Positions 27,588-34,993 of a DNA stretch of 53,732 nucleotides are shown piece after piece (within the stretch, counting starts at the first letter, position 1; every line of letters starts with the position of its first letter). This DNA comes from Candidatus Micrarchaeota archaeon (GTDB lineage Archaea > Micrarchaeota > Micrarchaeia > Anstonellales > Bilamarchaeaceae). Under the pieces are notes generated by a model that saw nothing but the letters and a program-made list of their open reading frames with translations, was not told the DNA's origin and made no database searches. Where the stretch lies: contig JBBITJ010000003.1 of the NCBI GenBank assembly GCA_037440825.1, positions 1 to 53,732 on the forward strand. Reading direction: 5' to 3'. The translations under genes were made by a program, and so were the position numbers.

Positions 27588-28063
27588 TGAGTTCCCTGTT
27601 CCCAGTTTCGAGTTTTGCGGCGAAACCAGAGATCCCCGGTCCGAAACCGCGCAATGCATGCCTGAAGGGACAGTCGTCCCTGGAAATGCTCGTAACCGTG
27701 GCCGCGCTGCTCGCATATTCCCTGCCTATCGTGCTCCTGGTATTCTCGTTTTCCTACATGAAGCTGGAGGACGTGGCGCTCACGCAGGGGCGCGCCACAG
27801 TCCAGCAGCTCTCCGACGGCGTGAATTCCGTCTATCTCCAAGGAGAGGGCGCAAGGCACTCCATGCTCATAGACCTTCCGTCAGGCACGAGGAATCTCAC
27901 CGTGTCAGGAAAGACGATAACTCTCTACATTTCAGCCACAGGCGGCACATATTCCATTTCCCACCCTATTTTCGCCAACGCGAGCAGCTTCACGATTTCG
28001 GACCGCGTGGGGCTCATAAAAATCACGATGAGGATGGAAGGTGGACAGGTGATTCTGGAATGA
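27587..28063 (+). CDS. type IV prepilin-like protein 3 with long leader
   Basis: The taATG overlaps the upstream stop. A 27-aa leader ends in 'LKGQ', followed by 'SSLEMLVTVAALLAYSLPIVLLVF' (Glu at +5). No in-frame ATG lies closer to the hydrophobic helix. Confidence 0.65.
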   Translation: MSSLFPVSSFAAKPEIPGPKPRNACLKGQSSLEMLVTVAALLAYSLPIVLLVFSFSYMKLEDVALTQGRATVQQLSDGVNSVYLQGEGARHSMLIDLPSGTRNLTVSGKTITLYISATGGTYSISHPIFANASSFTISDRVGLIKITMRMEGGQVILE

Positions 28064-28653
28064 TTCCCAACCTCCCAATGGCATCAAAGCGCGGTTCCCA
28101 GTTCCCAGTTCCCAGTTCCGGCGCGATACCCAAAACTCAAAACAGGAAACCCCTTGTATCTACCAGCACTATGCCGGCACTGCGAGGCCAGGTGGCCACG
28201 GAGTTCTTCGTCTATTCCGCAGTCTTCCTCATAATCGTGCTGGCAGCGTACTTCAGCATATTCTTCGTGCAGAGCGCGGAAGTGGCGAACAAGGAAGCCC
28301 TCTACGTGAAATGGTTCGGCGAGCGCTTCGCATCGAACCTGAACACAGCGATGAGCAGCGGCGAGGGATTCTCGATGAAGATGGCGTTCTCTCCATACAT
28401 CCTGGAGAAGCCCTACTCGGTGTACATAAAGCCTGCACGCGCGGGCAGGAACGGCTTCGTGTTCATAACGTGGAGCGCGGGCAACGTGACCTATTCTTAC
28501 CCCATAGGTAACATGAACATAGGCGCAGGCGACAGCTGCGTGCACGCCATATCTTCCCCTGACGGCGCATACTACGAGATCACGAGCGCGAGAGGGGAGC
28601 TCTGGTTCGAGAACGACGGCAGCTCTATAACCATCACACAGGGATGCACATGA
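28060..28653 (+). CDS. type IV prepilin-like protein 4 (long-leader start; alternative short-leader start at 28171)
   Basis: ATGA overlap at 28060. The sequence '...MPALRGQVATEFFVYSAVFLIIVLAAYF' has Glu at +5. The ATG at 28171 would give a classical 7-aa leader. Confidence 0.6.
   Translation: MIPNLPMASKRGSQFPVPSSGAIPKTQNRKPLVSTSTMPALRGQVATEFFVYSAVFLIIVLAAYFSIFFVQSAEVANKEALYVKWFGERFASNLNTAMSSGEGFSMKMAFSPYILEKPYSVYIKPARAGRNGFVFITWSAGNVTYSYPIGNMNIGAGDSCVHAISSPDGAYYEITSARGELWFENDGSSITITQGCT
28094..28121 (+). repeat. tandem heptanucleotide repeat (GTTCCCA)x3 plus a partial copy
   Basis: 'gttcccagttcccagttcccagttccgg' is read directly from the sequence. It is followed at 28129-28153 by an inverted degenerate array 'cccaaaactcaaaacaggaaacccc'. 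Confidence 0.9.
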
Positions 28654-29162
28654 AAGTTTCCAGTCTCCAGTCTCCTGTTTCGAAGTGCGGATTTAAGAAA
28701 GGCCAGTACTTCAGCTTCGACGCGATAGTCGCTTCGGTGCTCTTCGCGCTGACATTCATAACCCTGGTGAGCTACTGGTTCAGCGTGAAGTCCGGCTTGG
28801 AATCCAAGGATGAGGAGATGCTCAAGGAGGCCGCGAGGATAAGCGACGCGATGCTCAACCCTGGCCTGTTCCAGAACTCTTACAGCGATCCGCGCGTCAG
28901 CCTGAGCCGCATAAAGTCGTTCGAGGGCAAGAGCCAGGATGAGCTGAAGGAGATGTTCAACACCCCCTACAATATCTCCCTGTTGGTGGATACGGAAGCG
29001 GGCACCCGCATAGCGGCCGTGGGCCCTGATCCGACCGACCCGGCATATTCATACATATTCTCCAATGTTGTCAACACAGCCAAGATGCGGAGGATCGTCG
29101 TAATCCAGGTCAACGAGAGCTACGAAACTCCTGCTGCGCTGGATATCTACCTGTACAACTAG
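28644..29162 (+). CDS. type IV prepilin-like protein 5 with long leader
   Basis: There are ATGs at 28644 and 28650, and the latter forms an ATGA overlap with the upstream stop. The leader ends in 'FKKGQ', followed by 'YFSFDAIVASVLFALTFITLVSYWF'. Confidence 0.65.
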   Translation: MHMKVSSLQSPVSKCGFKKGQYFSFDAIVASVLFALTFITLVSYWFSVKSGLESKDEEMLKEAARISDAMLNPGLFQNSYSDPRVSLSRIKSFEGKSQDELKEMFNTPYNISLLVDTEAGTRIAAVGPDPTDPAYSYIFSNVVNTAKMRRIVVIQVNESYETPAALDIYLYN

Positions 29163-29181
29163 ATGGGCAGCGGGCAGAGTC

Positions 29182-29189
29182 TTTTTTTT
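29182..29189 (+). terminator. oligo-T tract (T8), candidate archaeal intrinsic terminator of the pilin-like operon
   Basis: 'cttttttttc' lies 20 nt after the stop at 29162, in a convergent intergenic region. Confidence 0.5.
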
Positions 29190-29223
29190 CCGAAAATAAG
29201 AAATTAAATGAAAAAAGGAAAAA

Positions 29224-30666
29224 TCACTTGTTCTTGGTGACCACTTCGAGCGTGTCCGGCTTCTTGCCCACGTTGCCGAGCTTCACGCCTATTATGGTCT
29301 TCACGCCCCTTCCTGCTGCGATGTCCACGAGCCTCTGCGTTATTATGCCGTCGAACACGATGGTCTCTATTCCGTTGGTTTCGCCTATGGACTTTATCAC
29401 GTCGCGCACCGGCACCTCCTTTATGAGCACGCCTTCGCTTCCGTAGAGCCTCGCCTTGAGCGTGTTGCTGAGTTCGTTGAGCTCGTTCATAAGGTCCTCG
29501 CGGCTCCTTTTCTGGCCGTTCGGCTTCTCCTGCGCGGGTTCTGCAGCCATCTCCATCCTTTCCGGCCTCTCCTCCGCGACGATTTCATCCCTGGCCGCTA
29601 TCGGCTTTATGATTTGCTCCATCCGCCCCAGCACGGGCTGGACGCTCGCTATGGGCATGGGCAGCCTTCTCTGCTCAGGCATCCTCGGCACTTCCCTCCC
29701 GGGCGCCTGCTGCTCATCCTCTAGCTGGAACCTCTCTTCCGCGGCCTTCACAAACTGGGGCTGCTCCACCAGATACCTCTTCGGAGTCTGGTAGGGCTGC
29801 GCAAAGGGCTTGGCCTTCTGCTCCTCTGCCTGCTCCACAGGCACTTTGTTCCTGAGCACCTTTATTATCTCCTTCCTAGTGAGCTCTTCGACCTCCTTGC
29901 CTACAGGGGCTCTTGCAACGAAATCCAGCTCCGCCCCTGCCTGGATGAGCTCGTTGAGTATTATGTCTCCTCCCCTGTCGCCGTCCAGGAACGCGGTGAC
30001 CTCCTTGCCTTTGGAGAGCTCCACGATGCTGCGGGGCACCTTCGCGCCGCCTATCGCGATCGCGTTGGGTATGTCGTTCTTCAGGAGGTTTATCACGTCT
30101 GCCCTTCCCTCCACGAAAATTATCTCGTTGAGCTTCTCTATGCCCGGCCCTGCCGCGAGTCTGTCCGGCCCATACTCCACGACTTCGGCGGTCTTGACCT
30201 GCTCGCGCACGAGTTCGCTTATCTCCCTGCTTTCCGGTATCTCTGTGTTGAGCAGAGTCTTGAGCAGGTTCTTCGCCCTATCCACGAGCACCCTCCTCTT
30301 CTGGTTTCTCGTGTCCTCTATCTTCTGCACGCGCACGCGCGCGTCGCACGGGCCAACCCTGTCGACAGTCTCGAGCGATGCGGCTATTATAGAAGTCTCG
30401 ACCATGTCCAGGCTGCTCGGCACCTTTATCACACCTATGGTCTTTCCGCCCCTCGCGTTGAGATCCACCTCGATCCTTCCGATCCTCCCGTTCTTCTGGA
30501 GATCCCTAAGATCCAGCTCGTCGCCGAGCAGGCCTTCGGTCTGCCCGAACACGGCGCCCACGACGTCGGGTTTGTCAACGAGCCCGCCTATCTCTATCTC
30601 CGCGTAAATCAAGTACTTCACCGTGTCAATGTATGTCTTTGCCATAATGTCCACCTTTTGAATCAT
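29224..30666 (-). CDS. dnaG: archaeal DnaG (TOPRIM) primase/exosome-associated protein
   Basis: It has 'VVGAVFGQTEGLLGDELDLRDLQKNGRIGRIEV' and the TOPRIM block 'IIFVEGRADV...FLDGDRGGD'. The ATG at 30666 forms an ATGA overlap. An alternative ATG at 30645 has an AGGTGG SD. Confidence 0.85.
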   Translation of the reverse strand: MIQKVDIMAKTYIDTVKYLIYAEIEIGGLVDKPDVVGAVFGQTEGLLGDELDLRDLQKNGRIGRIEVDLNARGGKTIGVIKVPSSLDMVETSIIAASLETVDRVGPCDARVRVQKIEDTRNQKRRVLVDRAKNLLKTLLNTEIPESREISELVREQVKTAEVVEYGPDRLAAGPGIEKLNEIIFVEGRADVINLLKNDIPNAIAIGGAKVPRSIVELSKGKEVTAFLDGDRGGDIILNELIQAGAELDFVARAPVGKEVEELTRKEIIKVLRNKVPVEQAEEQKAKPFAQPYQTPKRYLVEQPQFVKAAEERFQLEDEQQAPGREVPRMPEQRRLPMPIASVQPVLGRMEQIIKPIAARDEIVAEERPERMEMAAEPAQEKPNGQKRSREDLMNELNELSNTLKARLYGSEGVLIKEVPVRDVIKSIGETNGIETIVFDGIITQRLVDIAAGRGVKTIIGVKLGNVGKKPDTLEVVTKNK

Positions 30667-30917
30667 TTTTCAGCGATTTTCCGCAGTTTTGCGAGTACCG
30701 CCTCCTCATCGCCGCTTATGTCCAACACCTTGCTGCGGCTTTTCGCCCCTCCCACGAGCGAAACGCGCGTTCCCATGGCTTCTGAGAGCGCTGCCACCAG
30801 CTCCAGGTTCGCCTTGTTGTCCTCAGCCTTCGCAGGTACATGGATTTTCCAGATGCCGTCCTTGAACGAGACCGAGAACTTCTTCGCATTCGGAACTACG
30901 CGTACATTCAGGTGCAT
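30663..30917 (-). CDS. DUF167/YggU family protein (UPF0235)
   Basis: It has 'LNVRVVPNAKKFSV...HVPAKAEDNKANLELVAALSEAMG...GGAKSRSKVLDISG'. A GGGAGG SD lies upstream of the ATG at 30917. The track N-terminal extension is rejected. Confidence 0.75.
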   Translation of the reverse strand: MHLNVRVVPNAKKFSVSFKDGIWKIHVPAKAEDNKANLELVAALSEAMGTRVSLVGGAKSRSKVLDISGDEEAVLAKLRKIAEK

Positions 30918-31053
30918 TTTTTCCTCCCGAAGCTGGCAAAAAGCCAGTCTAAGAGCCCAGAACAGAATTAGAGAGCGTAATGGTGACCTGTGCACTGTTG
31001 ACGGGCATCTCACGGCTTAAAGCTCGAGCCGCCATCCGTGCACAGAGTCAGCA

Positions 31054-31476
31054 TCATTTGACTTGGTCCCTTTCCTCGATCAAATCCACTATCGAGGGGA
31101 GGAGGCGCACGAGGTCTCCCTCGCTCAGTATGCCGATAAGTTCCTTCCTCTCGTTTATCACGGGGAGGCGCTTTATCCGGTTGCTCTTCATCGCCTTCGC
31201 AGCCTCTTCTATGCTTGCAGTAGGCTTGACAACCCTGAGCGGCTTCGACATCACCGCATCCACCTTGACCTTTGAAATATCCTTCTTTCCGGCGACGACC
31301 TTGTGCACTATGTCGCGTTCGGTTATTATCCCGAGCGCGGTCTTGCCGTCGACCACTATGACTGAGCCGACGTCGTGCTTCTTCATCATCATCGCAACAT
31401 CGGAGAGAGGGCTTCCTGTACCTATTACTATTACCTCTTTCGTCATTACGTCTCCTACTTTCAATTCTGAACTCAT
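31054..31476 (-). CDS. CBS domain pair protein
   Basis: 140 aa with two CBS repeats ('VMTKEVIVI...GIITERDIV', 'VMSKPLRVV...GILSEGDLV'). Confidence 0.8.
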   Translation of the reverse strand: MSSELKVGDVMTKEVIVIGTGSPLSDVAMMMKKHDVGSVIVVDGKTALGIITERDIVHKVVAGKKDISKVKVDAVMSKPLRVVKPTASIEEAAKAMKSNRIKRLPVINERKELIGILSEGDLVRLLPSIVDLIEERDQVK

Positions 31477-31663
31477 ACTTTAGTTGTGTCGACGAGGGTT
31501 TATAAAGCTAATCATCCTGCAGCCGCGCCTAAACTATTGTACGCAACGCTTCAGGAGCGTCCTCGTGCTCCTTAAGCTTCATCGCCATGTTTTCACTTTT
31601 ATATGACTATGCAGGCAGAGCTACCAAAGGAAAGTTTAAAACCGTTCCAGCCTTAACTAACCT

Positions 31664-32323
31664 ATGCGAAAAATCCTCGCGCTCTTTCTTGCGCTCGCGT
31701 TTCTGTCCTTCGCGGACTACGATTTGTGCTCCAGCTGCAATGGCGAGGCGCCGAAGGAATGCACTGGCCTTCCAGTAAAGGAAGTTCCCTGCTCCATTTC
31801 CTCGGCTTCTTTCTCATGCCAGCAGATAGTCACTACGGAAGGCTGGATACTCTGTCCCCTATGCCCTGACGGCTACGATTTCGCGAGGTGCGAGTCCAGC
31901 TGGCTCTTCGGACTCTACAAGATATCTTATTGCGTCCAGAACTACGGAGTCGCGTGCGGCGCGTACTGCGAGCAGTCTGACAACGTTATTTCGCGCTCCG
32001 AATGCTCTATCAATTCATCCAAGAAATGCTGCACCATCCCCACAAACGAGATCCAGCTCGTCTCCCCGCAGAGCGGCTCAACCCATCCGAGGAACGAGAC
32101 TGCCTCATTCACAGTGAATTACACCGGGGCGATAACCAACCTCTCAATTGATTTCGGGGACGGAAGCATAGAATGGAAGCAGCCGAACGTGAACAAGCTC
32201 ACAATCTTCGAGCACAACTACACTTCCACGGGCGCATTCAACGTTAGCGCGTGGGCGTATTCCTGCTGGAACTGCTCGTACAAGTACAATTCCACCTTTT
32301 CCATCATCATAAACGTCCACTAG
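31664..32323 (+). CDS. secreted Cys-rich protein with C-terminal PKD domain
   Basis: It has the signal peptide 'MRKILALFLALAFLSFA', a module with about 16 Cys, and the PKD signature 'FTVNYTGAITNLSIDFGDGS...HNYTSTGAFNVSAWA'. Confidence 0.7.
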   Translation: MRKILALFLALAFLSFADYDLCSSCNGEAPKECTGLPVKEVPCSISSASFSCQQIVTTEGWILCPLCPDGYDFARCESSWLFGLYKISYCVQNYGVACGAYCEQSDNVISRSECSINSSKKCCTIPTNEIQLVSPQSGSTHPRNETASFTVNYTGAITNLSIDFGDGSIEWKQPNVNKLTIFEHNYTSTGAFNVSAWAYSCWNCSYKYNSTFSIIINVH

Positions 32324-32333
32324 GCGCGATCAG

Positions 32334-32726
32334 ATGCTGATTATTCACACGGACGGGGCTTGCTTCGGGAATCCCGGTCCCATGGGAGTGGGCGTCGTTG
32401 CCTACAAGGGAGCAAAGGTCGTCCATACGATAAGCGAATACATAGGAAAAGGCACGAACAGCATCGCGGAATACACGGCCGTGCTTCGCGCGCTCGAATA
32501 CGCGAAAGAGCTGGGGGAAAGCGAAGTCGAGATACGCAGCGACAGCGAGCTGGTCATAAAGCAGATGAACGGGGAGTACAAGGTGAAGGCGCCCCACCTG
32601 AAAGAGCTGAAGCGGAAGATCGACTCGATAAGGAATGGGATGGAAGTGAAATTCAGGTGGGTTCCCCGTGAACAGAACACAGCCGCCGACGAACTTTCAA
32701 AGGACGCGATAGAGTCTCAGCTCTGA
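32334..32726 (+). CDS. rnhA: ribonuclease HI
   Basis: 130 aa. 'IHTDGACFGNPGPMG', 'AEYTAVLRALE' and 'SDSELVIKQMNGEYK' give the DEDD catalytic pattern. Confidence 0.85.
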   Translation: MLIIHTDGACFGNPGPMGVGVVAYKGAKVVHTISEYIGKGTNSIAEYTAVLRALEYAKELGESEVEIRSDSELVIKQMNGEYKVKAPHLKELKRKIDSIRNGMEVKFRWVPREQNTAADELSKDAIESQL

Positions 32727-32737
32727 CCCGCTTTCAC

Positions 32738-32887
32738 TGAAGCACCACGGGTGCGCGGAAGCCGCCTGATTTCGCCCTTATGCACGGTTTCAGCCGTTGG
32801 AGGAGCGCACCCTTTTCTACGTTGCTGTGGCTTCCGCCTAAATCCCGCTACTCTGGAAGCCGCGGGGCTTTAGCCCGTGGTGCTTCA
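32738..32887. other. 150-nt element bounded by perfect 14-bp inverted repeats (candidate MITE or structured RNA)
   Basis: 'tgaagcaccacggg' at 32738-32751 and its exact reverse complement at 32874-32887. A nested 9-bp pairing joins gcggaagcc (32755-63) and ggcttccgc (32829-37). Confidence 0.5.
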
Positions 32888-33095
32888 CAAGAGGCAGCAG
32901 GTCCGCATAAATCCGGTATACGTATTCTGCCAGCGCGTTCGACTCGTCCCCTATGTTCCTGCCCAGTATGCTCAGGAGCATCTGGAATTCAAGCGGATGA
33001 AATCCGCCCCAGCTTCCGCGCGTTCAGAAAAGGTTCGAGGACCGCTCCCTGGTCTCATTGAAGCTCTTCGGCAGGCTGAGGTAAATCGCGAATAC
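32838..33095 (-). pseudogene. decayed ORF remnant divergent from the methyltransferase (no start codon, in-frame TGA)
   Basis: The minus-strand frame reads 'FAIYLSLPKSFNETRERSSNLF*TRGSWGGFHPLEFQMLLSILGRNIGDESNALAEYVYRIYADLLPLVKHHGLKPRGF...'. It is protein-like but interrupted at 33024-33026 and lacks an initiator. Confidence 0.25.
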
Positions 33096-33157
33096 TTACG
33101 CGGGTACACGGACATGTGCGAAGGCAACTATTTAAAGAAAAAAGGGCAGATGCATCC

Positions 33158-34306
33158 ATGAATATCATCAGCCGCCTGGAGCTCGGCCCCTATTTCACGT
33201 TCGAGCCGAGCAAGGACAAACAAATATACAATTGGTTCTATTACAAGGAAGCATATTCCCCTGAATTCGTGGAAAAGACGCTGGACGAATTTGGGGTGAA
33301 GGAAGGATGCGTGCTCGACCCCTTTTCCGGCATAGGCACCACCTCGCTGGTCGCAAAATCGCGCGGATTGCAGGCGTACGGAATAGACGCCTCTCCTCTC
33401 GCAGTGCTTGCGGGAACGGTCAAATCCCGGAACTATTCACCTGAAGACATAGCTGCAATCGAATCGTTCATGGAACGCGTCTTCCAGGAAAAGACCTCTT
33501 TTTCCCTTCGCTGGGATTTCGAATTGTTCAAAGTGGAAAAGGCATTCCCTCCGGCGAACCTGCGGGACATACTCTCCATAAGGGAAAAGATTTCGAAAGT
33601 GGAAGCCGACAAAGCCCACGATTTCCTGCTGCTCGCCCTGCTTTCCATAATCCCGATGTGCAGCTTCGTGCTCAAGGACGGAGGCGTGCTCAAGATAACG
33701 AAAAAATCCGTTGCGCCAGTGCGCGAGATGTTCAAGAGGAAAGTGAAGAGGATGCTCCGCGACCTGGAATTGGGGCCCAAGACACAGGGCCCGGAACCAA
33801 AAATAATGCTGGGCGACGCGCGCTCCCTTCCGTTCGAAGAAGGGAGCATGGACGCGGTTATCACTTCTCCCCCTTACCTGAACAACATAGATTACACAAA
33901 AGTGTACGGGCTCGAACTTTCTCTCATGGAGATGGATGCACGCGGCACCAAGGACGCGCGCTCCAGGAGCCTGCGCTCCTTCATCACATCCCCAGCGTCA
34001 GAGGAGAAACTACCGCAGGAAGTGGAGGAATTCGGATACAACATCCCGATTGCCGGAGCATATTTCTCCGATATGGAAAAGGTGCTGGTGGAAACCTACC
34101 GGGTGCTCAAGCCCGGCTCTTCCGCGTCATTCGTAGTAGGGAACGCCGTGATACACTATACGCACATCATGGTGGATGAAATACTTGCGGAAATGGGCGA
34201 ACGCTTGGGGTTCGAATCAGAAATCTGGGTCGGATTGGAAAGGATCGCGGACGTAAGGCCCGCGAAAGTGAAAACAAGGGAAAGCGCAGTGGTGCTGCGT
34301 AAATAA
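33158..34306 (+). CDS. SAM-dependent N6-adenine/N4-cytosine-type methyltransferase (apparently orphan)
   Basis: Motif I 'LDPFSGIGTT' is followed about 190 aa later by motif IV 'ITSPPYLNNIDY'. The ATG at 33158 lies about 25 nt downstream of the TATA-like 'tatttaaag'. Confidence 0.7.
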   Translation: MNIISRLELGPYFTFEPSKDKQIYNWFYYKEAYSPEFVEKTLDEFGVKEGCVLDPFSGIGTTSLVAKSRGLQAYGIDASPLAVLAGTVKSRNYSPEDIAAIESFMERVFQEKTSFSLRWDFELFKVEKAFPPANLRDILSIREKISKVEADKAHDFLLLALLSIIPMCSFVLKDGGVLKITKKSVAPVREMFKRKVKRMLRDLELGPKTQGPEPKIMLGDARSLPFEEGSMDAVITSPPYLNNIDYTKVYGLELSLMEMDARGTKDARSRSLRSFITSPASEEKLPQEVEEFGYNIPIAGAYFSDMEKVLVETYRVLKPGSSASFVVGNAVIHYTHIMVDEILAEMGERLGFESEIWVGLERIADVRPAKVKTRESAVVLRK

Positions 34307-34319
34307 GGACAGATTGGGG

Positions 34320-34475
34320 CTACCCTTCCTCCGCGAACTTCTTTATCTCGTCGAAGCATTCCACTATGAGCTGCGCCTTCTTCTTCCCGAACTGGAATGG
34401 GTACTGGTCGTTCTCGTCCCTTTTCAGTATTATCATCGCGTTTCCCTTAAATTCGCCTCGTTCAACTATTGCCAT
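34320..34475 (-). CDS. hypothetical small protein (51 aa)
   Basis: It is below the track cutoff. An AGGTGA SD lies 5 nt upstream of the ATG. The sequence 'MAIVERGEFKGNAMIILKRDENDQYPFQFGKKKAQLIVECFDEIKKFAEEG' looks like a compact folded domain. Confidence 0.5.
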   Translation of the reverse strand: MAIVERGEFKGNAMIILKRDENDQYPFQFGKKKAQLIVECFDEIKKFAEEG

Positions 34476-34581
34476 CAAATCACCTGTTAGGAGTTCCTAT
34501 AAGATACGGTTAGATTTTTATCCTCTCCTATCCAGAGCCCGCTTCCTGCAGTCATTGCCACAAGCCCGAGCTGTAGAATCA

Positions 34582-34687
34582 TTCGGTCGGCGTTCAGACC
34601 GAAAGCTCTCAAATGCGTTTGAGATGGACCGGAAAATCCTCGCATCGCTCGGATTTTCCGGTGATTTGAACCCGCCTCGTTCAAATC
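34582..34687. other. four contiguous perfect stem-loops (candidate structured RNA or regulatory region)
   Basis: The stems are 7 bp (34582-34603), 7 bp (34607-34624), 12 bp (34628-34662) and 9 bp (34663-34687). They lie between tRNA-Arg(CCG) and the small gene at 34475. Confidence 0.5.
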
Positions 34688-34756
34688 TCTCTTATAGAGG
34701 CTGGAAACCGGAAACCACAAGCTGAAAAGACGCGGAGAAACTAATAAGAAACTGTT

Positions 34757-34830
34757 CGCCCTCGTCGGGATTTGAACCCAAATCACAGCCTCCGGAGGGC
34801 CGCATCTTATCCAGGTTGGACTACAAGGGC
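34757..34830 (-). tRNA. tRNA-Arg (anticodon CCG)
   Basis: I folded the cloverleaf by hand. The acceptor stem is GCCCTTG/CGAGGGC, the anticodon arm is CGGCC-CTCCGGA-GGCTG and the T arm is TTGGG-TTCAAAT-CCCGA. The TATA-like 'tttaaataat' lies about 27-35 nt upstream. Confidence 0.85.
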
Positions 34831-34993
34831 AGATTATTATCCATCAGTTAAGTAGATTATTTAAACCTGAAACAGAACTGGCTCATAGTAGCCAATACGA
34901 AAAACAGCATTGTAAACTTGACGGCTTGCGACGCTTCTGCTAATCGGCTCAGTATTTAATCCTATATGAAAAATGAAAACTCAGAATTATGTT

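Noticed and set aside
27591-28683. The heptad arrays as a possible CRISPR or mini-CRISPR.
   Set aside because: The units are only 7 nt, degenerate and contiguous, with no spacers. No cas genes are present. The arrays are dispersed as many short blocks rather than forming one locus.
32738-32910. Assignment of the inverted-repeat element to SRP RNA or an H/ACA guide RNA.
   Set aside because: It is too short, and it lacks the conserved helix-8 and Alu-domain sequences of archaeal SRP RNA. The multi-branched fold with a 14-bp closing stem does not match the single-hairpin pocket, K-turn and ACA layout of archaeal H/ACA sRNAs. I have left it as an unclassified element.
34366-34725. A 119-aa plus-strand ORF in the tRNA-Arg(CCG) flank.
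   Set aside because: It overlaps the better-supported 51-aa minus-strand gene and runs through the four-hairpin region. Its translation is Ser/Phe/Arg-rich with no start context, so the region is treated as non-coding structure.
20419-34830. A genomic island bounded by the two directly repeated tRNA-Arg genes and their shared 145-nt flanks.
   Set aside because: The 14 kb between them is dominated by core genes (ef1b, rpl11, carS, dnaG, rnhA). No integrase or other mobility gene is present. The repeat is better explained as tRNA gene paralogy.
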